A stretch of DNA of 64,000 nucleotides, taken from an uncultured Acidimicrobiales bacterium. Lineage in GTDB: Bacteria > Actinomycetota > Acidimicrobiia > Acidimicrobiales > UBA10347. This document shows positions 52,643-62,922 of this stretch, in pieces (within the stretch, counting starts at the first letter, position 1; each line of letters opens with the position of its first letter). A model generated the notes under the pieces. It was not told the origin of the DNA, did not search any database, and saw only the letters and a program-made list of their open reading frames with translations. Location: assembly GCA_943788915.1 (NCBI GenBank), contig CALSSD010000003.1:136663-200662 (forward strand), written 5' to 3'. The position numbers were made by a program, and so were the translations under genes.

Positions 52643-53580
52643 TGGGACACCTCGATGCGGTCGCCAGTAAGTTCAAGAAATACATCGTCGAGCGTTGGGG
52701 TACGCAGCGTGAGCTCACCGATGTCAACCCCCGCATTATCCAGTGCAATAACAACCGGTGACACGGTCGCAGCCCCATCCTTGACAGAGACGAGCAGTGC
52801 TCGGGGACCGCGTTCGACGTGATCGACCCCAGACAGTTCCTCAAGCGCAGCGACTGCAGCGTCGGTGTCATCAACGATGATCTGAATGACGTCGGCGCCG
52901 ATCGCACGTTTCAGGTCTTCGGGCGTGCCCTCACCCACGATCAGACCGTCGTTGATGATGCCAACTCGATCGGCCAGCTCGTCGGCTTCTTCGAGGTACT
53001 GCGTGGTCAAAAAGATCGTGGTACCGAGCTCGGTATTCAGTGCCCGCACTTCTTTCCAGACTTGTGCCCGGCTTTGTGGATCGAGGCCTGTTGTTGGCTC
53101 GTCGAGGAAAAGCAGATCGGGGCTATGCATAAGCGACGCAGCCAGATCCAGCCGACGGCGCATGCCCCCGGAGTAGGTACCGATCCAACGGTCGATGGCC
53201 TCGACATCGATCAACGAGCTCAGCTCGTCGATCCGGGTATCTGTCTCGGAGCGAGTGAGCCCATAAAGCGCTCCTTGCAAACGCAGTATCTCGCGACCGC
53301 TCTGCTTCTCGTCGAGGGATGCGTCTTGCAACGCTGTGCCAATACGCAACCGGATCTTGGGCGCATCTTCGACCACGTCGTAGCCAAACACCGTGGCCGT
53401 GCCACCTGTCGGCTTCAGCAACGTAATGAGCATCTTCACCACGGTGGACTTGCCAGCGCCATTGGGTCCGAGGAAGCCATAGATTTCGCCGCTTTTCACG
53501 GCAAGATCGACACCTTTCACCGCGTGCACATCGCCGAAAGACCGTTTCAGGCCCGAGGTTTCTATTACGAGTTCGCTCAT
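52639..53580 (-). CDS. ABC exporter ATP-binding protein (DrrA-like)
   Basis: GPNGAGKS, YSGGMRRR, LDEPTTGLDP, TTQYLEEAD, PTLDDVF. Confidence 0.95.
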   Translation of the reverse strand: MSELVIETSGLKRSFGDVHAVKGVDLAVKSGEIYGFLGPNGAGKSTVVKMLITLLKPTGGTATVFGYDVVEDAPKIRLRIGTALQDASLDEKQSGREILRLQGALYGLTRSETDTRIDELSSLIDVEAIDRWIGTYSGGMRRRLDLAASLMHSPDLLFLDEPTTGLDPQSRAQVWKEVRALNTELGTTIFLTTQYLEEADELADRVGIINDGLIVGEGTPEDLKRAIGADVIQIIVDDTDAAVAALEELSGVDHVERGPRALLVSVKDGAATVSPVVIALDNAGVDIGELTLRTPTLDDVFLELTGDRIEVSQ

Positions 53581-53954
53581 TACCGACCAACCTACTGCCG
53601 ACCTCTGGCAGTGCAGACTCAACCAACCGCAGACTCAACCACAGCAGAGTGTGGCCCGTCTCACCAAGTTTGGCAGGCTCGACCCGAATCCGCTGGGTAC
53701 GACCATACACCTGTAACCAAGATCGCTCATCCGAGCTGGCTACTGCATCGGGAGCACACCGGGGACAGGCGCACGGCGGGTGCATCAACAGGTTGGGCCG
53801 ATCATCACCCCAGTCGTTGTCGATGGCGGTGCACACCGTGCTATCGGCACCGCTCTGCCTCCACCTCAACATCATCGCTCTCGTCCTCGATCACCACGCC
53901 AGTCTTGCCGTTCGACGCATGACTCTCAACCCGATCGTGTTCTACGCTGCAACC

Positions 53955-54173
53955 ATGTCGCAGCGAAGCCCGCAGGTGACGCCATCGGAAGCCGATACCC
54001 CGGCCGAAGACCGGGTGCACCATCACGCCCGCGTCGGGGGCGGCCAGGACCCGATTGCTACGGGCACCATCATCACTCTGTGTGGCCTGCATCTACCTGG
54101 CCCCCGTCCAGGTGCAGCCAAACTTCCGTGTTGTCCCCTGTGTGCTCTTTCCATGGGCAAACCTTGCTCCTGA
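53955..54173 (+). CDS. Small Cys/His protein, DUF3039-like
   Basis: HHHAR...GTIITLCG...LPCCPLC. Confidence 0.5.
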   Translation: MSQRSPQVTPSEADTPAEDRVHHHARVGGGQDPIATGTIITLCGLHLPGPRPGAAKLPCCPLCALSMGKPCS

Positions 54174-54379
54174 CCCTGCCGACCGAATGGCTGTCCGCCG
54201 TGCCACACGAAGAAAGGCGATGCTGTGAATCCGATGGAGTCAACGCAAGGAAGTCCGGCGGCGACCACGCCCAAGCAGCAACGGTCCCGCAGTTAGGGCA
54301 CCGCCTGGCGGAGCAGCACACTGGGCGGCTCCACCAGCCAGCTGTGGTCGCCCGTGACCCCGAGATCTAGGCTGACACC

Positions 54380-55258
54380 ATGACAGCCCAGACTCAGGCA
54401 ACACTGGCAACTCGGTTCGTCGAAGACGGCTACATCGTGGTACCTGATCTCGTGAGCCCGGATGATCTATCCCGCATCGTTGACGACGCACAACGGTTTA
54501 TCGCTGGCGACTACCCGGTCTCAAACCTTCCTGACAACGGCGATGTACTGGCCGTGCATTTCCCCCACTGGGTAAGCCCGGTGGCAATGGACATGGTGCA
54601 ACACGACGGAGTCATCGGCGTTCTGTCGCAGATTACGGGCGCGCATCTTCCCCAATGGGACGGGGCCACCAAGTGCATGCAATCCATGCTTTTTTTCAAG
54701 CCGCCCGGGCTGCAGGGCCAAGCATGGCATCAAGACGAGCGGTTCATTCCCACTCGGGATCGTTCGCTCGTGGGCGCATGGATCGCCGTTGACGATGCCA
54801 ACATCGACAACGGTTGTTTGTGGGTTCTGCCCGGAAGCCATCGCACCGGCCAGCTGTGGCCAACGCGAGACCATGGCAAGCCAGAGCTTTTCGATCCGAC
54901 CGACGAGTCATTTGGTTTCGACGACGAAGCAGCCATCCCCGTCGAGGTCTCTGCCGGCAGCGTGGTCTTCTTCAACGGTTACTTGCTCCACCGGTCGCTT
55001 CCGAACCGCAGTACGCGTCGGCGCATGGCGTTGGTGAATCACTACATGAACGCGTGGTCGCCGCTGCCGTGGATGATGGAACAAGGGATCGATGTCGGCA
55101 CGACCGACTATCGGACGATCGTGTCGACAAGCGGTACTGACCCCTATGCCTGGCGCGGCGTGTCCGATCCCCCATTACAAACCTTCGTTCGCCCCAACGC
55201 TGGATCGCAGAACGCCGATGACGTACGAGCCAACCTTCAGGCAGGAGCCGATACATGA
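54380..55258 (+). CDS. Phytanoyl-CoA dioxygenase (PhyH) family protein
   Basis: FFKPPG, WHQD, WIAVDDA..NGCL.VLPGSH, LLHRS..N. Confidence 0.93.
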   Translation: MTAQTQATLATRFVEDGYIVVPDLVSPDDLSRIVDDAQRFIAGDYPVSNLPDNGDVLAVHFPHWVSPVAMDMVQHDGVIGVLSQITGAHLPQWDGATKCMQSMLFFKPPGLQGQAWHQDERFIPTRDRSLVGAWIAVDDANIDNGCLWVLPGSHRTGQLWPTRDHGKPELFDPTDESFGFDDEAAIPVEVSAGSVVFFNGYLLHRSLPNRSTRRRMALVNHYMNAWSPLPWMMEQGIDVGTTDYRTIVSTSGTDPYAWRGVSDPPLQTFVRPNAGSQNADDVRANLQAGADT

Positions 55259-55998
55259 CCGAGCCACAAGTCCTCCCAGGCGCAGAGCCACTTTCGCACG
55301 AAGCCGGGCCGATAGGTGTGCTGGTGATCCATGGATTCACCGGCTCTCCTCAGTCGATGCGGCCCATCGCTGACGCGTGTATAGCCGCTGGCCATACCGT
55401 CGAGATGCCGCGCCTACCCGGCCACGGCACCACCGTCGACGACATGTTGACGACCAGCTGGGATAACTGGTCGCACCATGTTGAGCAGTCATATCTCGAT
55501 CTTGCCCAACGGTGCGAGAAGGTTTTCGTGACGGGCCTGTCGATGGGCGGAGCGTTGACCTTGTGGCTGGCGAGTCGTCATCCAGGCATCGCCGGGATCG
55601 CGGTTATCAATTCAGCGGGCGAACCGAATGCCGAACGAACTGCAGGTTTGGCAGCCGTCATTGACAGTGGCCAGGTCACCATCGATGCAATCGGCAACGA
55701 CATCGCCAAACCAGGCGTCGTCGAACTTGCCTACGACAAGACACCGCTCGCTCCGTTGTTGTCGCTCGTGCACGCCGTCGACAACTTTGATCTACCGGCA
55801 ATTGGGTGCCCGACGCTGATCATGGTCAGCACTCACGACCATGTCGTGCCACCCACAACAGCTCAGTACATCGCCGACACCGTCGGGACAGATGCCACCG
55901 TCGTGCACCTTGCGAACAGTTTCCATGTAGCAACCCTCGACCACGACGCCGATCTGATCAACACCACAATCATCGACTTCATCGCCAGTCACAGCTAG
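55255..55998 (+). CDS. Carboxylesterase/monoacylglycerol lipase family hydrolase
   Basis: HGFTGSP, LPGHGT, GLSMGG, DHVV, SFHVATLD. Confidence 0.93.
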   Translation: MTEPQVLPGAEPLSHEAGPIGVLVIHGFTGSPQSMRPIADACIAAGHTVEMPRLPGHGTTVDDMLTTSWDNWSHHVEQSYLDLAQRCEKVFVTGLSMGGALTLWLASRHPGIAGIAVINSAGEPNAERTAGLAAVIDSGQVTIDAIGNDIAKPGVVELAYDKTPLAPLLSLVHAVDNFDLPAIGCPTLIMVSTHDHVVPPTTAQYIADTVGTDATVVHLANSFHVATLDHDADLINTTIIDFIASHS

Positions 55999-56088
55999 CT
56001 CGCCAAGTGCCAACTACCTCGCTCCCTATCGCAGTCTGAGCAGATGTGCCCGCAGCCCTCGTCTTTACCCAAGAGGGACCCCCGGCTT

Positions 56089-56712
56089 TTAGCGAGACAA
56101 AGTCGGCACGATGGCGGCGACGGCTGCCGTAAGTTCCGCAACGTCGCCATTGTTGGTCATCACGATGTCAGCAACAGCTCGGCGGGTCGCATCATCGGTC
56201 TGTGACGTAATACGGGCTGCTGCATCGGCCGGATCCATCCCCCGGGATTGCACGAGGCGAGCAACGCGCACCGACTCTGACGCCTCGACAACCACCACGG
56301 TGTCATAACTGTGGCCTGAAGCCAGATTCTGACCGAGTTTCGACTCGACGAGGACAGCCATGTCGAGAACAACCCAGTCGTGTCCAACCTCGCTCGCAGC
56401 AATGAGGCGCTTATCGAGTTCGGCATTGATAGCCGGATGACTCACGCTTTCGAGCCGCTCGAGTTCTCTGGGATCGCCAAATACGATCGGAGCCAGTTTG
56501 GCTCGATCGATCGCGGGAACGCCCGATTCATCGACCGACAGGATCGATTCGCCAAATAGGCGCACGACATCGTCGAATGCTCGGCCGCCGGGATCAATCA
56601 CCTGGCGCCCGATCTGGTCGACGTCGATGACCAGCGCCCCATGTTCGGCGAACAGAGCCGCCACGGTTGACTTCCCTGCGCCGATGCCGCCGCACAATCC
56701 TGTTACTCGCAT
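56089..56712 (-). CDS. coaE: Dephospho-CoA kinase
   Basis: GLCGGIGAGKSTV, IDRAKLA.IVF, HPAI, ARITSQ. Confidence 0.93.
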   Translation of the reverse strand: MRVTGLCGGIGAGKSTVAALFAEHGALVIDVDQIGRQVIDPGGRAFDDVVRLFGESILSVDESGVPAIDRAKLAPIVFGDPRELERLESVSHPAINAELDKRLIAASEVGHDWVVLDMAVLVESKLGQNLASGHSYDTVVVVEASESVRVARLVQSRGMDPADAAARITSQTDDATRRAVADIVMTNNGDVAELTAAVAAIVPTLSR

Positions 56713-56739
56713 ACCGAGAGTGTTGCAGCTGGTGATGGA

Positions 56740-56846
56740 TTACCGGCCACCGTCGACAGCGACGATCTGGCCGGTCACCCATGACGCAGCCGGTGTCACA
56801 AGGACAGCGCTGCAGCACCCAAGTCGGTCGGAGTCTCGTGCCGACC
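56740..56846 (-). pseudogene. C-terminal remnant of an SDR gene
   Basis: GRHETPTDLGAAA, then after a frame change LVTPAASWVTGQIVAVDGGR-stop. Confidence 0.65.
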
Positions 56847-57110
56847 AGTTGTAAGCCTGAGCGCCTTTTCAAGCCGCGGATCCTCGTCTTCGAGCCTCAT
56901 TGTCTTCATCATGATCTGGGTCGGTACAACTCCGCGCATGATGCAAGCCTCGGTGCTTGACTGTTGACGATCTCGTCACCTCTACGAGCCTCGCACACCA
57001 TGGCAGGAGAACTACTCGCTACCAAGAAGCAACGTGATGCTTCGAGATTTCGGCTCTCTGAAATCGTCCGCTTCTGCACAGACGCTGACAAAGAGGTTGA
57101 CGTGCGGTGT

Positions 57111-59597
57111 TCAGTCACCGACTGACGGAGGAACCTCAGCAATAGTGTTGTCGGCAAGAGCCGTGCCGCCGTCGATCCCTACTCCAGCGGCTCGTTGGGC
57201 AACTCCGAGAACCCAACTGTCGGAGAGCTCGTCAGCCTCAATCAGCAGTGAAGCAATATCGGCCCGTGCCCTGGCTCCAACTTCACGAGGAGCGCTTTCA
57301 GGAATCCGCGATGCATAACCCCGGAGACCATCATCGAGCGCGTCGTCACCGAAGTTCGCATAGTTCCGCGGAGGTAGCGCATCCTGCATCTGGGCTGCTT
57401 GAAGACCTTTGCCTGTTGCAGCAGCTGCCGCACCGAGGACTGCCGCACCCCCGGCGACATAACTCACGCGCTGGGCGTCCGCCTTCCATGCTGCAACTTC
57501 GACGTCGTCGCCAAACTGGCGAAGCAGTGGATCGAACAGCCCGGCCGCACCCAGTCCAGCGAGGTCTGCACCAGCACCGGTGAGGTTGAGAACCCGGCCA
57601 GCAAGCGAAACGCTGCCCGGCGTTCCTGCGGCCCCGGCAAGTCCGGCGCCGCCCAACCCGGCGATGGCGCCAAGCGTGGTGTTGTGCCTTAGGTCCTGAG
57701 CCCACTCATCGCCGGTCACAAGATTTTCTGCCACGGTGATGCCAGCGGCCGCGGCCGCTCCCCCACCTGTAGCGACTGCCGAGGCGATAAGGGCTCCAGA
57801 CAACCCACCGCTGAGCCCACCACTCGCAACAAAAAGCGCGGCACCAGCGAACACAGCCGTCGCCAGAATGATGGTGTCACTGTTTTCCTGCCAGAACGTC
57901 TGGTCGTACCAATCGTGCTCGAGGACCAACTCGACCGCTGCGACCTCGGCCTCACTCAAATTGAGTTCTTCAGCATGGGCAAGCACGGCTCGAAAGTCCT
58001 GTTCACTGAGCTCGCCATCGGCAAGGCTGAGATCGCGGCCCTGAGCAGCAACATCGATGGTGTCTCGATGTTCGGCCAGCAGAAAGTTCACACTCTGCTT
58101 GGCCCGGAATACGTCGATATCTGCCTGCGAGATCTTGTGATCCTGAGCGACGTCAGCACCAAAGGATTCCGTGGCCACGACACCGCCACGGACAGTGGCC
58201 GAATCAAGTCGGTTTCGGACGTCGGGCGCATGGATGAGCGCCCAGGCGGCAGCAACCAACTCGGCGTCAGCCAGCGGGTTATTCACGACGGACGCCAGGT
58301 CATCGACGGAGACGACACCATCGGCATTCCCTCCGGTCGCGGTGTCCATCTCAAAGAAGTGTTCGACCAGCCCATCGAACGCCCGATACTCATCGGGGGT
58401 CATCGCCATGGCATGGGCTTGGGAGAACCAGACCGCCCCGTCGACCAACGACACACCCTCGTCCGCCGCAAACGCCACGATGTCGCCCAGATCGAAGTCA
58501 CGAAGTGCCGCCATACGTGTTGCGACCGCGGCGTCTTCAAGATCCCAGCCTGAAGCCACCAACGAATCCGTCGATGCAGCGAGTTCCTCGAATTGACGCT
58601 CTGCTTCTGGCAGGTTGAGATCGAACAGCTCAGCGACCTGGTCGATGTGGTGAGCCCGGATCTGTTCGCTATGTCGCACCGCCAACGCATTACGAGCGCT
58701 CGCTCCTACATCGACAAGCCGGCTAAGCACACCAATCGCAGCCGCGTCATCGACGCCTATGAGACCGCGGAACAATGCCGCTCGTTGACCGTTGATCTCT
58801 TCGGCTTCGAGCACCTGTGCGGTCCGTAACGCGGCCGTCAGTCGATCAATCTCTTGCATATCCAAGACGCCCGCGGCGATGTCATAGTCAATGCCGTTGT
58901 CATGAGCGAACTCCACTACGTCGACCGGTGCGCCTGTAACCACCGAGGCGAGCAGCGTTGCCGGATCGGTGGTGTTCCGATCAGCGAGGAACGCCGCAAC
59001 CAGCTCATCGAGCTGGAGTTCCGATGCTGCATGCGTGGACAGTGCCTTCCGCAACCCTGCCGTCGCGTCATCGATTCTTGGGTCGTTACTGCTAACCGCG
59101 CCTCTCGCTTCGGCCCGGTTGAGGCGACCGACAGAGGCCATGGCCGCTGCGACATCGTCAAGATCGCGACCGGCGACATGCAACGAGTGGCTGGCTGCAA
59201 GCAGCATGGACATGACCTGAGCTGCTTGGACCTCAGAAGCCGTGCGTACCGCAACCATCTCATGCAGGCTCCGGAGCCGGCGATCCAATTCGGGGTCGTT
59301 CTCCGTGCCGCGAAACGCCTGCACACTGGCAACAGCCAGCGCAATCGTCAGCGGCGAGTCGAGCTGAATGGTGAATGACTCAAGTGCACGAACCGCTCGC
59401 CGGATCGCTGCTGCCATCGCTGTTCCATCTCTACCGATCTCATCCAATGACGCCACGACCCCGAGCGGCATGTCCGCCAGCACCTCGGCATCGGTCACGA
59501 TCGAGCGAACCTCTTCGGCATGTGATGGCCAGCCAGCGACAGTCGCCGCTAAGCCTCGAGAGGCATCGACATCCATCCCCAACAACTCATTTGGCAC
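57111..59597 (-). CDS. Large Ala-rich protein with EF-hand-like loops and hydrophobic Gly/Ala C-terminal region
   Basis: DTATGGNADGVVSVDDL, DHKISQADI, DGELSEQDF; FWQENSDTIILATAVFAGAALFVASGG; GTG 59597 supported by promoter. Confidence 0.75.
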   Translation of the reverse strand: MPNELLGMDVDASRGLAATVAGWPSHAEEVRSIVTDAEVLADMPLGVVASLDEIGRDGTAMAAAIRRAVRALESFTIQLDSPLTIALAVASVQAFRGTENDPELDRRLRSLHEMVAVRTASEVQAAQVMSMLLAASHSLHVAGRDLDDVAAAMASVGRLNRAEARGAVSSNDPRIDDATAGLRKALSTHAASELQLDELVAAFLADRNTTDPATLLASVVTGAPVDVVEFAHDNGIDYDIAAGVLDMQEIDRLTAALRTAQVLEAEEINGQRAALFRGLIGVDDAAAIGVLSRLVDVGASARNALAVRHSEQIRAHHIDQVAELFDLNLPEAERQFEELAASTDSLVASGWDLEDAAVATRMAALRDFDLGDIVAFAADEGVSLVDGAVWFSQAHAMAMTPDEYRAFDGLVEHFFEMDTATGGNADGVVSVDDLASVVNNPLADAELVAAAWALIHAPDVRNRLDSATVRGGVVATESFGADVAQDHKISQADIDVFRAKQSVNFLLAEHRDTIDVAAQGRDLSLADGELSEQDFRAVLAHAEELNLSEAEVAAVELVLEHDWYDQTFWQENSDTIILATAVFAGAALFVASGGLSGGLSGALIASAVATGGGAAAAAGITVAENLVTGDEWAQDLRHNTTLGAIAGLGGAGLAGAAGTPGSVSLAGRVLNLTGAGADLAGLGAAGLFDPLLRQFGDDVEVAAWKADAQRVSYVAGGAAVLGAAAAATGKGLQAAQMQDALPPRNYANFGDDALDDGLRGYASRIPESAPREVGARARADIASLLIEADELSDSWVLGVAQRAAGVGIDGGTALADNTIAEVPPSVGD

Positions 59598-59603
59598 CCT
59601 TTC

Positions 59604-59632
59604 AATATATTTATTGCTATTACCTTTGTCAA
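59604..59632 (-). promoter_or_regulatory. Near-consensus sigma-70/SigA promoter, leaderless
   Basis: TTGACA-17 nt-TATATT-6 nt-GTG. Confidence 0.8.
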
Positions 59633-59689
59633 AACGCACACCCATTGACGCTCAGGTCAGCGTCCGCCGTTCCTAAACTGGGTTCACCC

Positions 59690-60565
59690 ATGAGTAGCTT
59701 CGACGACCCTCCTGCACCCCAAGCAACCACGTGTTATCGACATCCCTCCATGGCCTCAGGGGTGCGCTGCCAGCGCTGCGAGCGGTTCATCTGCCCGCAA
59801 TGCATGCACCAGGCATCAGTCGGCGTCCACTGCCCCGAATGCACATCGAAGACCAAACAGAAGGTCTACACCCGCAACACTCTTCCCGGGTCCAGCGGCA
59901 GAGCGACTCAGGTACTCATCGGGTTGAATCTCGCGGTCTTCCTGCTGCAATTTGTGCTGTTCGATGCCACTATCAGCGACGATGGCCGAACGGCACAGAA
60001 ACTCGCCGACAACGGCTTCTTCATCAGCGAAGAAGGCGAATGGTGGCGAGTATTCACCAGTGGTTTTGGACACTTCGGCATCTTCCACCTCGGCATGAAC
60101 ATGTACAGCCTCCACATACTCGGACCCATCATCGAGCGCAGGCTCGGGCCGATCCGATTCACACTGGCGTACATGGCTGCACTGGTCGGTGGGTCCTTCG
60201 GAGCACTACTCCTTGACCCGCTGGCCTTCACAATGGGAGCGTCCGGCGCCATCTTCGGACTTCTGGGCCTGCTTGTCATGATGTTTCGAAGCCAAGGCAT
60301 CAGCATCGCCCAATCAGGCCTTGGACCGGTGCTGCTGCTGAATCTGTTCATCAGCTTGAGCGGGTTCGTTAGCCTGGGAGGCCACGCCGGAGGCTTCATT
60401 GTTGGCATCATTCTCGGCGTTGTCTACTTCGGCGCCGACGCACGCTCAGCACCACTGTTCGGTCGTGATCAAGTCAAGCCCGACATCGCCACCGCTGTCT
60501 GTATTGTCGTCCTCTTCCTTGGTTGTCTGTGGGCAGCGAGCCGGTGGCTCTCCGCAGTGGGCTAG
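59690..60565 (+). CDS. Rhomboid intramembrane serine protease with N-terminal Cys-rich zinc finger
   Basis: CYRHP..CQRCERFICPQC..HCPEC; EWWR, HLGMNM, GASG, GHAGG. Confidence 0.95.
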   Translation: MSSFDDPPAPQATTCYRHPSMASGVRCQRCERFICPQCMHQASVGVHCPECTSKTKQKVYTRNTLPGSSGRATQVLIGLNLAVFLLQFVLFDATISDDGRTAQKLADNGFFISEEGEWWRVFTSGFGHFGIFHLGMNMYSLHILGPIIERRLGPIRFTLAYMAALVGGSFGALLLDPLAFTMGASGAIFGLLGLLVMMFRSQGISIAQSGLGPVLLLNLFISLSGFVSLGGHAGGFIVGIILGVVYFGADARSAPLFGRDQVKPDIATAVCIVVLFLGCLWAASRWLSAVG

Positions 60566-60951
60566 GACCGCTGGCACGATCAGTCGGTGTCTGAGCCGCG
60601 CTCAACCGCCGTCACGTACAAAGCTCCCACCGAGGCAGCGTGGCCAACTTCAACCTGCCGCGTACCCGCAATGAACGGCGAGGCAAATCCGAGTCGCTCC
60701 ACACGGATACCGAGTTGTTCGCTCGACAACGTGCGCGACGTTGCGACGACTGAGGCCAGCGGCACCTCAGGGTGAAGAATCCGGTCGCCGAGACACGGGA
60801 CTCTTATCGGAGTCTCCAAACCATGTATGAGATTTCGAAGTGTCCGTGGGAAAACCTGCTCACCCTCTGTGATCAGCACTGCTCGTTTGTTCGCTGTGCG
60901 GGCCGTTGGCATAGGGTCAAAAGCGCTAACCCAGCGCGCAGGAGTGACGAT

Positions 60952-62827
60952 ATGAACAACGATGCGATCCGCATTGACCCCGAGACTGGGCTCAAGGTAT
61001 TCGCTACACGAGCGGCCAAAGCCAGCGAGAAGATCACCGGTACCGGCTACAGCGTGCTGGAAGACCAGGCGCTTCTTACATTGCCTGAGCAACCACCAGG
61101 CGCGGTCTTTAACGCAGACGAACAGGCCAAGTACCGCGAGTTCAAGGAAGCGCGAGCTGGCGCTGCTGACTACATGTCGCTCGAGGGGGAATTTGCGTCG
61201 TACCTCGAAGACGTCTACTCCGAGGACCCTGTCCAGCGCGATGCGCTCACCGACGAATGCGAGATCTTGGTTATCGGTGCAGGTTTCGCAGGTTTGCTGC
61301 TGTGGTACCGACTTCGCCAAGCCGGTTTCCAAGACGTCCGCTTCTGCGAGAAGGGCGGCGACGTCGGCGGGACGTGGTACTGGAATCGGTACCCCGGCAT
61401 AGCGTGCGACGTCGAGAGCTACAGCTATCTCCCTCTGCTCGAGGAGATGGACTACATCCCGACAATGAAGTTCGCGTCTGGTTTCGAGATCCTCGAGTAT
61501 TGCCAATCGATGGCTACCGACGTTCGGTTTCTACGACAAATGCCTGTTCCACACGACGGTCGACACCACCGAGTGGGACGAAACCACCCAACGATGGACG
61601 GTCTTCACCGACCGGGGCGACGCGATGCGGGCCAAACATGTTGTCCTAGCGAACGGCATTCTCACCAACCCGAAGCTGGCCCGAATCCAGGGCATGGAAT
61701 CGTTTGCGGGTGATGCCTTCCATACATCTCGGTGGGACTACAACGTGGACCTTGCCGGGAAACGCGTCGGCATTATCGGCACCGGCGCCACGGCGGTACA
61801 GGCCGTTCCCGAACTGGCGAAGGTCGCAGGAGAGTTGTTTGTATTCCAGCGCACCCCCAGTTCGATCGATGTGCGCGACCAACGAGCCACGACCCAGGAA
61901 CAAATCGATGAATGGTCGAACGAACCGGGCTGGGCAATGGCCCGTCGGAAACGGTTTGCGAAGATCTCGGCCGGTCGAGCTGCCATCAAGGCCGACGATG
62001 ACTATCTCACCGGCAAAGCCGTCGACTTCAAGAAGGAACGCAAACAACACGATCGACGGCTCACCCAAGAAGAGATGGTTCAGAAACAACTTGACTCAAA
62101 CTTCCGACTCATGGAACAGATCCGAGCCAGAGTCGATGCCATCGTCGAAGACCCCGTCACTGCCGAGGCCCTAAAGCCGTACTACCCCTACGGCTGCAAA
62201 CGGCCGACCTTTCACGACGAATACCTGCCGTCCTTTAATCTTCCCCACGTCCACCTCGTAGACACCGCACCACTCGGCGTGCAGAAGATCAACGAACGCG
62301 GGGTAGTTCACGACGGAACCGAATATCCCGTCGATGTCTTGATCTACGCGACTGGCTTCAACTGGATGGCCACATCGACATTCAACATGATCAAGGGCCG
62401 GGGTGGTGTCACGCTGAGCGAAAAATGGCAGACCGAAGGCTGCAAGACATTCCTTGGGCTACACAGCAACGGCTTCCCCAACCTGTTCATCGTGAGCGGG
62501 CCCCAAGGCGGCGGCGGAAGCTTCAACTTCATCGACGCAATCGAACAACACAGCGACTACATCGTCTGGATGTTGACAACAATGCGTGACCACAACCATG
62601 CCGTGGTCGACATCACGACCGCTGCCGAAGAACGTTACGCAGATCATTGCGCTCAGGCCGACATCGCAACTGCGCCTCTTCGAGACTGCATTTCCTATTA
62701 CAACGGCGAAGGAAATGCACCCGCTGGCAGCCTCGCCTATTACGGCGGAGGAAACTGGCACAAATGGCGGATTGCAGCCCAAGAGTCGCTTGAACCCTAC
62801 GTTTTTGACGCCTACGCAACACCCTGA
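60952..62827 (+). CDS. Baeyer-Villiger-type flavin monooxygenase (apparent frameshift near 61518)
   Basis: GAGFAG, GGTWYWNRYPG..CD, FAGDAFHTSRWD, GTGAT, FQRTP, CKRP, ATGF across two overlapping ORFs. Confidence 0.9.
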
Positions 62828-62922
62828 CCCGACTGGTTAGCAGAACGCTGCAACGCCACTATCCCCAGAATTGGGTGGTCTCGGCCTAAAGGCCGAGCTC
62901 CAGTTGCCGATCGGGAACGGTA

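Noticed and set aside
60580..60900. Small minus-strand gene between rhomboid and monooxygenase
   Set aside because: Open frame without recognisable motif or clear start
60952..62827. Genuine split monooxygenase or programmed frameshift
   Set aside because: No slippery heptamer seen; same single-base pattern as three other sites, so error is more likely
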